From a virus, in IMG/VR virus record IMGVR_UViG_3300017605_000140, positions 46,390 through 110,389 of that record: a stretch of 64,000 bases of DNA; one strand, written 5' to 3'. Below, piece after piece: positions 1-10,399 of the stretch; position 1 is the first letter of the stretch, and the number at the start of each line of letters is the position of its first letter. A model generated the notes under the pieces. The model was given only the letters and a program-made list of their open reading frames with translations. It was not told the DNA's origin and did not search any database. A program made the position numbers and the translations under genes.

Positions 1-246
1 AGGTATGTTGGACCGGCGTTTGGTAGACTGGGGTGCGGTACGTACAGAGACTACCAGCATCTGTATAAGCATAATAACCCCAGTAATCCCTAACACATAT
101 CTATAAGGTTCCGGAATTATCCAGGATAAATAACTGATACTAGGTACTATACCCAGATGAACCAGCCAATCAGGAGCTTGGTTTATCCGGTTTCTTATAA
201 ATTCCCAAGCCCATAATGTGATAAATACAGAAACAATGAAATGCAT
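1..246 (-). CDS. Small membrane protein, truncated at the window edge
   Basis: Hand-translated MHFIVSVFITLWAWEFIRNR...; hydrophobic segments; GAGGGAG RBS upstream; open to position 1. Confidence 0.6.
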   Translation of the reverse strand, partial: MHFIVSVFITLWAWEFIRNRINQAPDWLVHLGIVPSISYLSWIIPEPYRYVLGITGVIMLIQMLVVSVRTAPQSTKRRSNIP

Positions 247-285
247 GAAACTCCCTCGTTGTTGGAAGTTCCACTCTACCACACC

Positions 286-314
286 TTGACAGATCGTGGT
301 ACCTTTGGTATACT
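286..314 (+). promoter_or_regulatory. Sigma70/HrdB-type promoter-like site
   Basis: TTGACA-17 bp-TATACT followed by an AT-rich tract. Confidence 0.5.
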
Positions 315-379
315 TTCTTTTATAAAGAAAAGAAGAGATATATAGATTATCTATATATCTCTTCTTTATATACTTTCTT

Positions 380-2779
380 TTATTTTATAGGTAAAGCAAA
401 TTCTAATTTATAGTATTCTCCTACAGGTAATACAGATTTTATAGAATTATTTAAATTAAATAATTTATCTGCATACTTTTTATAATAGTAAGATCTACAC
501 ATATTAGGAGTTCCACCAAATTCCCAGTGGTAATCAGGAGAAGCAAAACCACCATCAAAGTATCCGCTATACATATCTGTTTCTTCTACAAGAATAGAGT
601 CTATCCAGAAAGAATAAGGAGCATGAGAGATATCTGTGAACTTGGTAAAGAAATAAAAATTGTAATCCTGTAACCCTGTTGGAGGAACAGTATAAGTAGT
701 CTGTACTCTAACCCAATTACCATCTATATTCTCTGGATTAGAGGCTTTTGTAGTATTTGCACTTATACCTTGTACACCCAAAAAGTTACCGTCATAGAAG
801 TTCATATATACATCTGGACAGTTAGGACCCTGCATAATCCAGGCACTTATAGTGTAAGTATGTCCCGACTTAAGTCCTTGTACTATAGGATAGGAACCGC
901 CACTTATCTGAAAATTGTTGGAAGCACCTAACATGGCGTTAGACGTACCAGTAAAGGTACCGCTAGGTGCTGCAACAGAAACACGCATAGATCCCGTGGA
1001 TTTATATCCAATAGCACCGTCCCAAGACATTGTTACTGGATTAGGAGTACCAGAAGTTCCTGTGTTAGTCTGGAACCATTGGTCAGTTCCTGTGTTAAAG
1101 CCACTATTGATAGCGTAGTTAACACGATCAGCTTTCACATTTATATTAGCTGTTTTTGGATGATTGTATTCTGTATAAACTTCAGTACCATACAATGAAG
1201 CACCAGTTATTGAATGGTTGCTAGTGTACACTACTTCCCCGGTAAAACCTCCCGGAGTATTTACTACTGGAACTACTGCTGCCCATACAGCGTCATTAGG
1301 TACCGCAATTTCATATACATTACCTATTTGCCAAACATTGCCACCAGGATGTGTGTTCTTGTTAGTAATAGGATTCTGAAGATAAGTACTTTCAGAAAGT
1401 ATATTATAATCCTCATCATAAAAAATAAAACTAGCGAACCAACTGGTGTTAGCTCTAGAAGTAGATAAGTACACACTTCCGAATAGATTCTCCGCTGCTG
1501 CAAAAGTGTATTTTACTGGCATGAGAGCAGAGAATTGTGGAAGGATAAAATATCCAGAAGTTCCATCACCTAAGGTAGTGACAGAAGAATTACTGACAAT
1601 CTTACCTGAATACTGACCAGTCAACGCTAAATCCGTACTTTTAATTACTGAGGTAACCCCTATTCCTGGTGAATAACAGCAGATATCTGAATAGATGGAT
1701 GCAGTAAGAGAAAGTCGGTTGTTAAGACCAGAAGTTTCTTCTACTTGAGCATTAGTAAATATATTCTGGCTTCCGTCAGGAACATTACTTACCCGGTATT
1801 GAACGTCTGCATAGGTGGCAGGTTGCCAATAAGTTCCATCTCTGTAAGCCATGGGAACAGTCTGTGGGAATGAATCGTTAGACCAATCCGCCATAGAAAT
1901 AACGGTAGCTCCCATAAAATCAACATTGGCAGCGCTATTCCATGACGTGGTAATCAAAGGGTCTACTGCTCGTATAGTAGCCGGGACAAAAGAAAAATCA
2001 GTAAGTCCACCTTCGGGAAGAGTGGATATAGCTCCGAAATTTGCACGTATATTAGTTTCCGCATTTATACTAGCAGACAAAGCATTAGGATCACTTAAGT
2101 TAACTTGACCATTGGAGGCTGTAGTAGCACTAGCCCTACCAGATAAAGCTAAGGTATTTCCCGGTAAATTTATGTTAGATATGAAAGCTTTATTCCCTGG
2201 AGAATCAAAACCTGTAAACCCTGAGAAAAAAGTGACAACTACAGAAGAAGCATCCCAGGTATAGGGAACACTTCCTAGTTCTGTCCAGGTAAATCCGTCT
2301 GGTGAAGTATCAAAACGAAATACTAAACGGTTATCATTACGTATTCTCCAGTAAGCATGCGATACAGAATTATAGATCGGTAATGCTGGGCTCGCTAATG
2401 TTATATTCCGGTTGTCAGATACATACGCTTTAAATTGTCCAGCCGGACCGATAGACATTTCTACATAATTATGTTCGTCTTGTTTGATAACTAATGCTGT
2501 TTGTACTGAATCTCCACCAATTAAGGCAGGAGTAATTTTAGCAAAGAAAGAGCTGTATTCAATAGTGTAAAGAGAAGCACCTACATAGCTGGGAGTAGAG
2601 GTTGCTTCTACAAAAGTGAGCCCGGTAGCTGGATCAATTCCAAAACTTCCACTGTTAGTATTCCACTGTGGATTAAGTAGTTCAGAGCTTCCTCCGTAAC
2701 CCCCGTCGCCAAACCCAAAAGCACCAAAGCCGTCAGGGAGAAAAATATCCGTAAGTGTGTTGATATTAGGATTTGCCAT
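380..2779 (-). CDS. Tail fibre/baseplate-associated protein with C-terminal carbohydrate-binding-like domain
   Basis: 799 aa, beta-rich; C-terminal 'GHTYTISAW...WVRV...IDSILVEE...YFDG' CBM-like jelly roll; lies at the end of the baseplate operon. Confidence 0.6.
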   Translation of the reverse strand: MANPNINTLTDIFLPDGFGAFGFGDGGYGGSSELLNPQWNTNSGSFGIDPATGLTFVEATSTPSYVGASLYTIEYSSFFAKITPALIGGDSVQTALVIKQDEHNYVEMSIGPAGQFKAYVSDNRNITLASPALPIYNSVSHAYWRIRNDNRLVFRFDTSPDGFTWTELGSVPYTWDASSVVVTFFSGFTGFDSPGNKAFISNINLPGNTLALSGRASATTASNGQVNLSDPNALSASINAETNIRANFGAISTLPEGGLTDFSFVPATIRAVDPLITTSWNSAANVDFMGATVISMADWSNDSFPQTVPMAYRDGTYWQPATYADVQYRVSNVPDGSQNIFTNAQVEETSGLNNRLSLTASIYSDICCYSPGIGVTSVIKSTDLALTGQYSGKIVSNSSVTTLGDGTSGYFILPQFSALMPVKYTFAAAENLFGSVYLSTSRANTSWFASFIFYDEDYNILSESTYLQNPITNKNTHPGGNVWQIGNVYEIAVPNDAVWAAVVPVVNTPGGFTGEVVYTSNHSITGASLYGTEVYTEYNHPKTANINVKADRVNYAINSGFNTGTDQWFQTNTGTSGTPNPVTMSWDGAIGYKSTGSMRVSVAAPSGTFTGTSNAMLGASNNFQISGGSYPIVQGLKSGHTYTISAWIMQGPNCPDVYMNFYDGNFLGVQGISANTTKASNPENIDGNWVRVQTTYTVPPTGLQDYNFYFFTKFTDISHAPYSFWIDSILVEETDMYSGYFDGGFASPDYHWEFGGTPNMCRSYYYKKYADKLFNLNNSIKSVLPVGEYYKLEFALPIK

Positions 2780-5173
2780 TTATAGTGCTCCAGTTGCTGA
2801 GTATTTTTGTATAAGACCAACTTTTCCAGCACCTGAAGTACCTGGTCCTGTTCCTGATGACAACGCTAAACGTGTGAGATTTCCATCACCAGTACGCGCA
2901 TACTTATAAACAGTTATATTAGTTTCAGCATCTACCACAATACGATCTCCATTAGACAAGCGTGTCCAAGAAGACAATAACGAGTCTACTCCAGCCGTAA
3001 CTTTACGTAAACTTGTTCTAGTAACATAATAGAAATTATTAGCGTTTATCCACGCAAAAACTACTCCATGAGTTTTATGCGCTGAGTCTGCATAATCAGT
3101 AGAAAAAGTCACGCATACACGGCCGTTAGGTACGTCTGGATCAATTAACGCATATACATAAGTGGTAGTTCCCGCTAGCGTCTGATTAACAGATGCCATG
3201 CCATAACTACTTCTCCACAGATTAGCTGTCCCAGGAGTAGCTACCCAATTGCCACTGATAATAGTTCCATCTGTCTGTGCATTAGCTAAACTAGACTCAG
3301 AGGTACCGTTAAGATTAGTATAGTCATTTACAAAGCGCGCAGTGAAACCTTCTGATCCAGCATTATATCCTGTGTAGTCTATAGCAGTATTATTTATCAA
3401 ATTCCCTAATTTATCGTAGAAATATACCAATGATTCCGCATTCGCGGCATTAACATTATTAGAAAGTCTTGACCAGAATCCTGAAGATACTACAGTTTTC
3501 TGTGCGGGTGATATAAAAGCCCAGGAAGAGTTTGAAGAATAAAAACCTGAAGGTGCCATATTCACATTATCAAGTACAGATACATACACTATCCCTAGGT
3601 ACTGGACTTGTTGTCCAGAAGAATACTGTTCAGCCGGATTCCAGTACGGTATCTGTGGAATAACTATACCGTCTTTAATAATATTTGGTCTGTCGGAAGT
3701 AGTGTAATAAAAGGGCTGCCAGAATGTTTGGTTACGCCCGGGAGTAATAGCGCCATAAGGTGTTCCTGGTCCTGATGGTTTTACTGCTCTGTAGTAGTAA
3801 CCATCTGTATATAAAACATTATTGTTGATAACGTAGTTTACTGCCGCAGAATAATTAGGAGTAACTATAGGAGCAGTTGAATCAAGATTCCATACCCCAG
3901 TTCCTATATTATTTGTCTGCGTTATACTTAGCGCATGCCAATTGTGCACAGAACTATCTGTAGGGTGAGGTAATCCAGATACTGTGCCACCAGCGGCAGC
4001 AGTAGTCCCAGATATTCCAGCGACACCCCAGGAAGATATTTGTGATGTTGCTGGATTTCTATAAGTAACCGAATTAAGCGCTCCTGAAATTAGGGTCCAC
4101 CAGGTATTACTGCTAGTTGTCCCAGATGGAGCCTGTGAAAGACCTGAAGTTTGCACATTAGCGCGATAGTCATAACCGTTATACTGCACTAAATCTGGTG
4201 GACCTATGCTGTTAAAGTAAGTAGAAAATTGACTCCACTGGTCAAGCACAGGATGAACAAAAGCAGTTTGATCAGCAGTATTGTACATATTAGAACTATA
4301 AGTAATCTCGGAATCCCAACCAGTTAACTCAGCTATAAGATTATGAATACTCTGAGATTGGCCTTTCATTCTATAGTTTACTGTTGCATTTTTTATTCTT
4401 TGACGACGTTGTTGAGGTGTTGACAGATAATTAGTAGCTATACCTAGTTGCTGACCCAGCATATCTAAATTAGCAGCAGATACAGTATCAGGGTTGTTAT
4501 TCTGTAAGTAGCTATCATAACTAGCTTTCGCTGTATCCAAGCCAAAACCGAATACTGACAGATAATGCTGAAGTGCTGGATTATCTATGGAGGCGCTATT
4601 AAAAGTATCCGACGTAGAGATCTTATAAGGTTGTGGTGTTCTGTCATACAGCATAAAGCCATAACCCTGATCTCCCAGGGCAAGAGTGGCAGTATTACCT
4701 GCCGGTAACCAGGTAGGGACATAATTAGTAGATGCCCAAAAGGATGATCCAGCAGTGGGAGTATGATTCAGATTAGAATTTTGAGTACTCGACCAGTACA
4801 TACCGTTATAAAGTACTTGGCTGTTAGCCAAATAAGCAGTACTTGAGTTCCAGTCAGGCGCCTCTAAGGTAATAAACATAGAGTAGTAATAGATAGTGCC
4901 AGGAATTAAATTGGTGTCTGCATAAGTGCGAGACATAGTGGATGGAGTAATTTCCTGTATTAAAATACCTTCTTCTGCCGTTGTAGGAAATCCGTACACA
5001 CTTCGTACAAGGTGCATTAATTTCCAGGCAGTGACATTAGGAGATGCCCACGTTAAAGATATTTCACTATAGTTACTTTGCGAAGCTACAAAAGGAGAGA
5101 CACTGTAATCTTCTTGCTGTGAGTATCCATAGGTATCTACACCATAAATATCTATTCCAAAACCCTTGCTCAT
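2780..5173 (-). CDS. Baseplate wedge/tail protein with repeated CBM5/12-like modules
   Basis: 'LDMLGQQLG...RQRIKNA...YRMKG..SI..LI..LTGW' resembles the tail protein I family; repeated 'W...Y....V.YNG..Y...P....W' modules. Confidence 0.65.
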   Translation of the reverse strand: MSKGFGIDIYGVDTYGYSQQEDYSVSPFVASQSNYSEISLTWASPNVTAWKLMHLVRSVYGFPTTAEEGILIQEITPSTMSRTYADTNLIPGTIYYYSMFITLEAPDWNSSTAYLANSQVLYNGMYWSSTQNSNLNHTPTAGSSFWASTNYVPTWLPAGNTATLALGDQGYGFMLYDRTPQPYKISTSDTFNSASIDNPALQHYLSVFGFGLDTAKASYDSYLQNNNPDTVSAANLDMLGQQLGIATNYLSTPQQRRQRIKNATVNYRMKGQSQSIHNLIAELTGWDSEITYSSNMYNTADQTAFVHPVLDQWSQFSTYFNSIGPPDLVQYNGYDYRANVQTSGLSQAPSGTTSSNTWWTLISGALNSVTYRNPATSQISSWGVAGISGTTAAAGGTVSGLPHPTDSSVHNWHALSITQTNNIGTGVWNLDSTAPIVTPNYSAAVNYVINNNVLYTDGYYYRAVKPSGPGTPYGAITPGRNQTFWQPFYYTTSDRPNIIKDGIVIPQIPYWNPAEQYSSGQQVQYLGIVYVSVLDNVNMAPSGFYSSNSSWAFISPAQKTVVSSGFWSRLSNNVNAANAESLVYFYDKLGNLINNTAIDYTGYNAGSEGFTARFVNDYTNLNGTSESSLANAQTDGTIISGNWVATPGTANLWRSSYGMASVNQTLAGTTTYVYALIDPDVPNGRVCVTFSTDYADSAHKTHGVVFAWINANNFYYVTRTSLRKVTAGVDSLLSSWTRLSNGDRIVVDAETNITVYKYARTGDGNLTRLALSSGTGPGTSGAGKVGLIQKYSATGAL

Positions 5174-5192
5174 TTACTCTCCTATTGTTGAA

Positions 5193-5894
5193 CTATAAAC
5201 CAATTATTGTATTTGGATTAAAAGGTAAAGCTGGTGGATCACGATGATATGTAACAGAACAAAAAGCGCTACCTACTAGAGGAGATGTGTAACAATCTTG
5301 TCGCACGTACATTCTTACTCCTGTACCTTTTGTCCAAGGAGCGGTGAAGGACGCTGATTGGTAAGCGGCTTTCTGCCAGCCAATAGGAAAAAATCCAGCT
5401 TGCGCTACCAGGTATGGGGCGCTCCCTATGGCAGTAAGACCAATTTTTAATTCACCGTTTCTATTGAATACTGGTTGCTCGTTATCATGAGGAAGACTAT
5501 CAGAACGCCATCTCATAAAAATGTCAAAAGTGTATACTCCTGAACGTGGGCACGTTATAGTGGCTCCTCCACCCCACATTTGACTAGTATCCATAGATCG
5601 TGTTGTCCAAGTTACTGGAGCATCATCACCTGCGTAGGCAATTTCAAAATTATGAGCTGCTACGCTGACAAAAGGATTAGCAAGTCCTTGTCTTACAGAA
5701 GAAATTCTAGTACTTACATCAGACCAAGAATAAGACCTGTTATCTATAGTTTCTTTATTAGGATTTATACCTAGTGTGTTCTGCACTGCTTGAATTTCAT
5801 CATAGGATACGTTTACATCAGCAGCTTCTACAAGTTCAGTAAAGTCCTGTCTGTATGTAAATTTTTTAACAGCGGATGGATATACAGCTACCAT
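5193..5894 (-). CDS. Putative virion structural protein
   Basis: 233 aa ORF inside the baseplate operon. Confidence 0.5.
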   Translation of the reverse strand: MVAVYPSAVKKFTYRQDFTELVEAADVNVSYDEIQAVQNTLGINPNKETIDNRSYSWSDVSTRISSVRQGLANPFVSVAAHNFEIAYAGDDAPVTWTTRSMDTSQMWGGGATITCPRSGVYTFDIFMRWRSDSLPHDNEQPVFNRNGELKIGLTAIGSAPYLVAQAGFFPIGWQKAAYQSASFTAPWTKGTGVRMYVRQDCYTSPLVGSAFCSVTYHRDPPALPFNPNTIIGL

Positions 5895-5906
5895 ATTTAC
5901 TCCCTA

Positions 5907-7433
5907 TCAGGTTGCCGTTACATTGATTATTATATTTCCAGCAGTAGGTAGCTCAAATACTCTCATGAGAATATCAGCAGCTCCGGATTGTATAGCGTCA
6001 CTGCGGACAAATAGTGGAATACTTACGTACTGTACTCCAGGAATATTATACAGGGCTGAATAAACTGCGCTTAATGATATTCTTCCACCAAGAGAAACAT
6101 TACTTGGAGCAAATAGATTCTGTATGGCCTGTGTGGCTAAAGTTTGTATAGACAACGGACTATAACGAGAGCTGCAACCTATAATAACAGGACTGGACAC
6201 AGATCCCACATTTATAGGTACCAATGTCGCAGCAGTACAGGTTACTACTGTTCCTGCTAAGGCGAGAGGTTGCAGATACGCTGTTACAGTGTCTAGCGTA
6301 GCTTGGTTTGGCAAAGTATTTCCGGAGCCAGTTATATACACTGTTATATTAGTGTATAGATTGGCTACAGCTTTTGCTTGGGAAACAATGGGAAGTGACA
6401 TGGCTAAGTTACCAAAATCTTCTAAAGTAACCGCACGTTGCTGAGTAGTAAACGCTCTTGGAGCGTTTACGCGTATCTGGTCAATAGTCTCTGCTGCTGT
6501 GCCACCTGTTGTAGCGGATGAACCTGAAATAGTTACACCCAGTATAGGAGATGCTATATCTACTATAGAGTTAGCAGACAGATTACCTATAATTCCCCCA
6601 CCTACACGGTAATTAGCATAAATATTTAATCCTGAAGAAGGAACCGCACCATTTATATTATCTCCAAAGTGAATACTTACTACTCCGGAAGCATCAACAC
6701 TTTCTGACCAAGAAAGGCTAGAAGAATTAGCTTGCTGTAAAGAATCGACTTTATTCCAGGCGAGTACAGGATCAATTCCACTGGTACCTGGAAACGCAGG
6801 GTTTTGTACATATACAGTTATAGAGCCACTTACTACAGGATTATTGGTTAACGAAAAAGTTTGTAAATCAGAACCATCTGAAGTACCTAAGAGTTCAGTA
6901 GTAATATCATAAGGTGCTGCTGTAGAGTTTCCTATTGTAAATACCGAAGATCCTTGTGTAGCCCCTTGAACTACTGGAACGGTTACAGTGCCACCGTTAG
7001 CAGGAACAGTAGCTGCTTGAGTCGTTTCAAATATAATGGGACCATTAATACTGGATACGTAGTTAGTAGTTACTTGGGTGGCCGCTGGAACCTCTACAGC
7101 GGGACCAGGATTAGCACTTTGAAAAGTAGTTGTACCCGTAGAAGCTAATGCTTGTCCAGGTGTGTACCCCAGTAGAGCTGCTAACTGAATAACAGAAGAT
7201 AATTGTGTAGCAGTACCTATATAGGCTTCTCCTACTATACGATCTCCATAATAAGATAGTACATCCAATTCCCTGGCTAAAGATTCCAAAAGCATAACTT
7301 CAAGACTACCAGGATTTTGGTTAGTCCATTCAGGGAATGCTGTTGTAGCAAAGGTTAACATAGAATTAATAAAACCTGTGTAATCTTTGCTCGTATAGTC
7401 TATAGCTGGTACACCATTATTAACTACCGCCAT
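5907..7433 (-). CDS. Baseplate J-like wedge protein
   Basis: 'IDYTSKDY...PEWT...LSYYGDR', 'FGDNINGAVP', 'YRVGGG..GN', 'GG..AET', 'RAVTLEDF'. Confidence 0.9.
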   Translation of the reverse strand: MAVVNNGVPAIDYTSKDYTGFINSMLTFATTAFPEWTNQNPGSLEVMLLESLARELDVLSYYGDRIVGEAYIGTATQLSSVIQLAALLGYTPGQALASTGTTTFQSANPGPAVEVPAATQVTTNYVSSINGPIIFETTQAATVPANGGTVTVPVVQGATQGSSVFTIGNSTAAPYDITTELLGTSDGSDLQTFSLTNNPVVSGSITVYVQNPAFPGTSGIDPVLAWNKVDSLQQANSSSLSWSESVDASGVVSIHFGDNINGAVPSSGLNIYANYRVGGGIIGNLSANSIVDIASPILGVTISGSSATTGGTAAETIDQIRVNAPRAFTTQQRAVTLEDFGNLAMSLPIVSQAKAVANLYTNITVYITGSGNTLPNQATLDTVTAYLQPLALAGTVVTCTAATLVPINVGSVSSPVIIGCSSRYSPLSIQTLATQAIQNLFAPSNVSLGGRISLSAVYSALYNIPGVQYVSIPLFVRSDAIQSGAADILMRVFELPTAGNIIINVTAT

Positions 7434-7839
7434 TAGAAGTCACCTCTGTTATCGTTCCTCCGATTTGAATGGTTACAACATCTGCTATAGCTCTAACAGT
7501 GGAAGCTTGTAGAACTGGAGCGTAATTCACCTTTACTTTTGCTACACCATTATTTGATTCATTAGTTTCAGGAGTAACAGATAAAGTTTGTATACCTGGT
7601 TCATACGTATTTAGCTGCTGTGTAACTAAACCACTTAGTTCAGTAGCTATAAATTTATTATTGGGATCAAACAATATTCGTGATAATGGTAGGCCCATTG
7701 TGGCACGCATGGCTCTCTGTCCCACTTCAGTAGATACAATTGCGTCTACCCGTTGCTGTACTTGAATACTAAGGTCAGTTTCTACAGCTACTGCACCATT
7801 TTGTAGAACAGTAAAAGGAATACTTAGTTGTGAGCCCAT
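7420..7839 (-). CDS. gp25/GPW-like baseplate protein
   Basis: 'LSIPF...T..GQR.MR..MG...F...YEP'. Confidence 0.8.
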   Translation of the reverse strand: MGSQLSIPFTVLQNGAVAVETDLSIQVQQRVDAIVSTEVGQRAMRATMGLPLSRILFDPNNKFIATELSGLVTQQLNTYEPGIQTLSVTPETNESNNGVAKVKVNYAPVLQASTVRAIADVVTIQIGGTITEVTSNGGS

Positions 7840-7862
7840 AAAATTATCCCATATCGTAGTGG

Positions 7863-8093
7863 CTAAACGCTATTTGCAAAATAAAAAGGTTTGGTAATAT
7901 CTCCGCCGCTAAAGCCTATCCATACTGTAGAACCAACTAAGGGTGTAGGCATTGCTGGATTAACTGGTTCAGCTTGTCTTATTTCAGCTATCCCGGCTAT
8001 CTGAGGACATTGAACTCTTATTTTTCCTGAACCTGAAAGATCTGTAGTTGATGTTACTAAGGATCTATATAAAGCATCGTATCTATGTTGCAT
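7863..8093 (-). CDS. gp5/gpV-type OB-fold spike protein (very short)
   Basis: 'YRSLV...D....GKIRVQCP...P.VGSTVWIGF.GGD..KP'. Confidence 0.75.
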   Translation of the reverse strand: MQHRYDALYRSLVTSTTDLSGSGKIRVQCPQIAGIAEIRQAEPVNPAMPTPLVGSTVWIGFSGGDITKPFYFANSV

Positions 8094-9324
8094 ATACCGT
8101 AGCTCCCGTGTTCGAAGAACGCCAGCGTCCTCCTATTAAAGCTGCTGGAATGTTCTGTGTTATTACGGATGTATCAGAAAATGTGGTGGTATTTGCTGTG
8201 TATATTTGATCACGCACTAACTCTACATTAGTAGCGTAAGTAACGTCTATCTGGCTACCAGTAGGGGCAGCCTTAGTTAAAGTATGTGTAGCACACTGCA
8301 CTAACCATATTCCCGCATCATTCACTGGGATAGTAGTTCCTACGAGATTCACTAAAGTATTAGGACGAACTCTGGCATCTCCTCGTAGATCTGCGTTAGC
8401 AGTATTCCAGTATAGATTTCTAAAGTAATCCCCGGTAACTTTTTGTGTAGCTTCATAATATGATTCAGCCGGTGCTTCATTATAATACTTAGTTATTGAA
8501 GGAGCTAATGGAACTGAAGAATTTTCTGAAGAAGGCGTTACTGGTTGAATAGTAGACTGTATTAATGTATTAGTATAAGGATTTAGTCCTACAATATTTC
8601 TATTAGCGACAATTCCTCCATCAGGAGTTATAGTACCTACTACAGGAGTGAAGCTTCTTATAGTGTCCCACAACCCTGGTTGATTATATGACCAGAACTG
8701 TGGGACATTTCTTGTATTACTTTTATCCAGAATTTGCTTGGGATTAATAAAGTATAAGTCTGTGTTATCTATATAAAATCTAAAACCTATTTCTGATGCT
8801 AACTGTGAAATAAATTTAAAGTCACTAGTATTTTGAAGTCGGTAGTCAATTGCTGATACATACTTATGGATAATACCTCTAAAACCATTCTTATTTGCTA
8901 TACTACCTGCCATAGTGGAAGGGCTTGTATGCTTCCATGCAGTGTTATTAGTGGATTGCATTACTTGAGATGTTCCAGTAATCGTATACTGAACAGTTGT
9001 AGTAACTATATTATTATATCCGGGATCAGTACCGCTTCGTAAAAGTTTATAAGAAGCTACATACCCTAGAAAAGGAGAAATATAATGAGGTCTTTGGCCA
9101 TAGTTAATTTGAACAGGTGTCTGTTCTTTTAAATACTGCCAAGTGTTACTAGCACCTGGAGTATTAGTGCCTATATTCTTCCCCACATATACTACATCAA
9201 GTAGAGCTATCGGGTGCGCATTAGTTTCCTGGATAATTTTAACACAAGGAGTGTACTGAGGTAACGGTATATTACCATTAGTAATTACTTCAAAATACGG
9301 CAAGGAGGGTGAGGAATTAAGCAT
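8083..9324 (-). CDS. Baseplate hub (late control D/VgrG gp27-like)
   Basis: 'Q.TSDFKFISQLA..IGF', 'GDARVRP..V...G.....G.WLV....H'. Confidence 0.75.
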   Translation of the reverse strand: MLNSSPSLPYFEVITNGNIPLPQYTPCVKIIQETNAHPIALLDVVYVGKNIGTNTPGASNTWQYLKEQTPVQINYGQRPHYISPFLGYVASYKLLRSGTDPGYNNIVTTTVQYTITGTSQVMQSTNNTAWKHTSPSTMAGSIANKNGFRGIIHKYVSAIDYRLQNTSDFKFISQLASEIGFRFYIDNTDLYFINPKQILDKSNTRNVPQFWSYNQPGLWDTIRSFTPVVGTITPDGGIVANRNIVGLNPYTNTLIQSTIQPVTPSSENSSVPLAPSITKYYNEAPAESYYEATQKVTGDYFRNLYWNTANADLRGDARVRPNTLVNLVGTTIPVNDAGIWLVQCATHTLTKAAPTGSQIDVTYATNVELVRDQIYTANTTTFSDTSVITQNIPAALIGGRWRSSNTGATVYAT

Positions 9325-9598
9325 TAGGTACTCTTATCTGAGTACCATTTTTTAATGTACTCCAAAATAATATCTCAGGATTAACATCTGCTATTCTCCA
9401 CCACTGAGTTTCATCGCCATATGCTGAGTGAGCTAGATAATCTATACGGTCCCCATTTTGCCAAGTATAGGTACTTATACTATAAGTTGTTGCTTTATCT
9501 GGAGGAGAAATTAATATAGTAGCTCGCACAGTTCCAGTAGGATCAATAATAGGAGTTACTAAATTATCTGCATAACGGCTGAACTGACTTATAGACAT
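9317..9598 (-). CDS. LysM/tail-X-like baseplate protein
   Basis: 'GDRIDYLA...YGD..QWWRIADVNP...GTQIRVP'. Confidence 0.85.
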   Translation of the reverse strand: MSISQFSRYADNLVTPIIDPTGTVRATILISPPDKATTYSISTYTWQNGDRIDYLAHSAYGDETQWWRIADVNPEILFWSTLKNGTQIRVPNA

Positions 9599-9607
9599 AA
9601 TAACTCC

Positions 9608-10399
9608 TTAAGAAAGCGGTGTCCCAATACTGCTAGCTATACTACTAGTAGCTACTTGAGACATTACAGTGAATGATACATCTACGGCACAACGTGATGG
9701 AACCATATTTGAAGCAAAATGGGTCCATGTCACATTTTGTCCGCTTATATATCCAAAGTAAGATAGTGCACCCTTGGAACTCTCTCCGAAATAAAGATTA
9801 GCTGGTACTAATTGCATAGGTCCCTGAACAACATTAGTAACTTTAGCAGGATTTATAGCTGGAGGGGCTGCTTGTCTTTGTGTATTAGTCTGTACTTGAG
9901 TTATATTTATACCCAATAAATTATAGAAAGCTTCCACATCAACACGTGCCCCATATGTTCCTGCTAACGTTCCCACATAACCAGAATCCCATAATTCAAA
10001 AGTACGATCAAATAACAAAGAAAAAGAGATAGTAGTATTTAAGCTAGTAGCATATGACCCCGGGTCATCTGGTCTTCTGGCGTAAGCTGGAAGAACTCCG
10101 CTGTTTAAGTCAATAGATCTACTTTCAGAAATAGTGGAGGGATTATAGAGAAAATTAACCTTATACTGTATATTCCCACTAACCCCTCCAACACCTGCGC
10201 CAGCTACAATTATTCCCCTGTATATATTTCCTACTTTAGAGCTAAAGTTTTTCCTAATTGTGGGATTAGTAGCAGTATTAGCTCCACCTACTGTAAGAAT
10301 ATTAGGATGGAATGTTGGATTCTCAAAAACTGTTATTCCTGGTTTCCCGCTGAGTGTGGGATATATAGTACCATTTATAGGCTCAATAGGAAAAGTCAT
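9608..10399 (-). CDS. Tube initiator/contractile tail tube-like protein
   Basis: 'FLYNP..I', 'F.LLFDRT', 'THF...MVP.R..V'; follows the tape measure gene. Confidence 0.65.
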   Translation of the reverse strand: MTFPIEPINGTIYPTLSGKPGITVFENPTFHPNILTVGGANTATNPTIRKNFSSKVGNIYRGIIVAGAGVGGVSGNIQYKVNFLYNPSTISESRSIDLNSGVLPAYARRPDDPGSYATSLNTTISFSLLFDRTFELWDSGYVGTLAGTYGARVDVEAFYNLLGINITQVQTNTQRQAAPPAINPAKVTNVVQGPMQLVPANLYFGESSKGALSYFGYISGQNVTWTHFASNMVPSRCAVDVSFTVMSQVATSSIASSIGTPLS

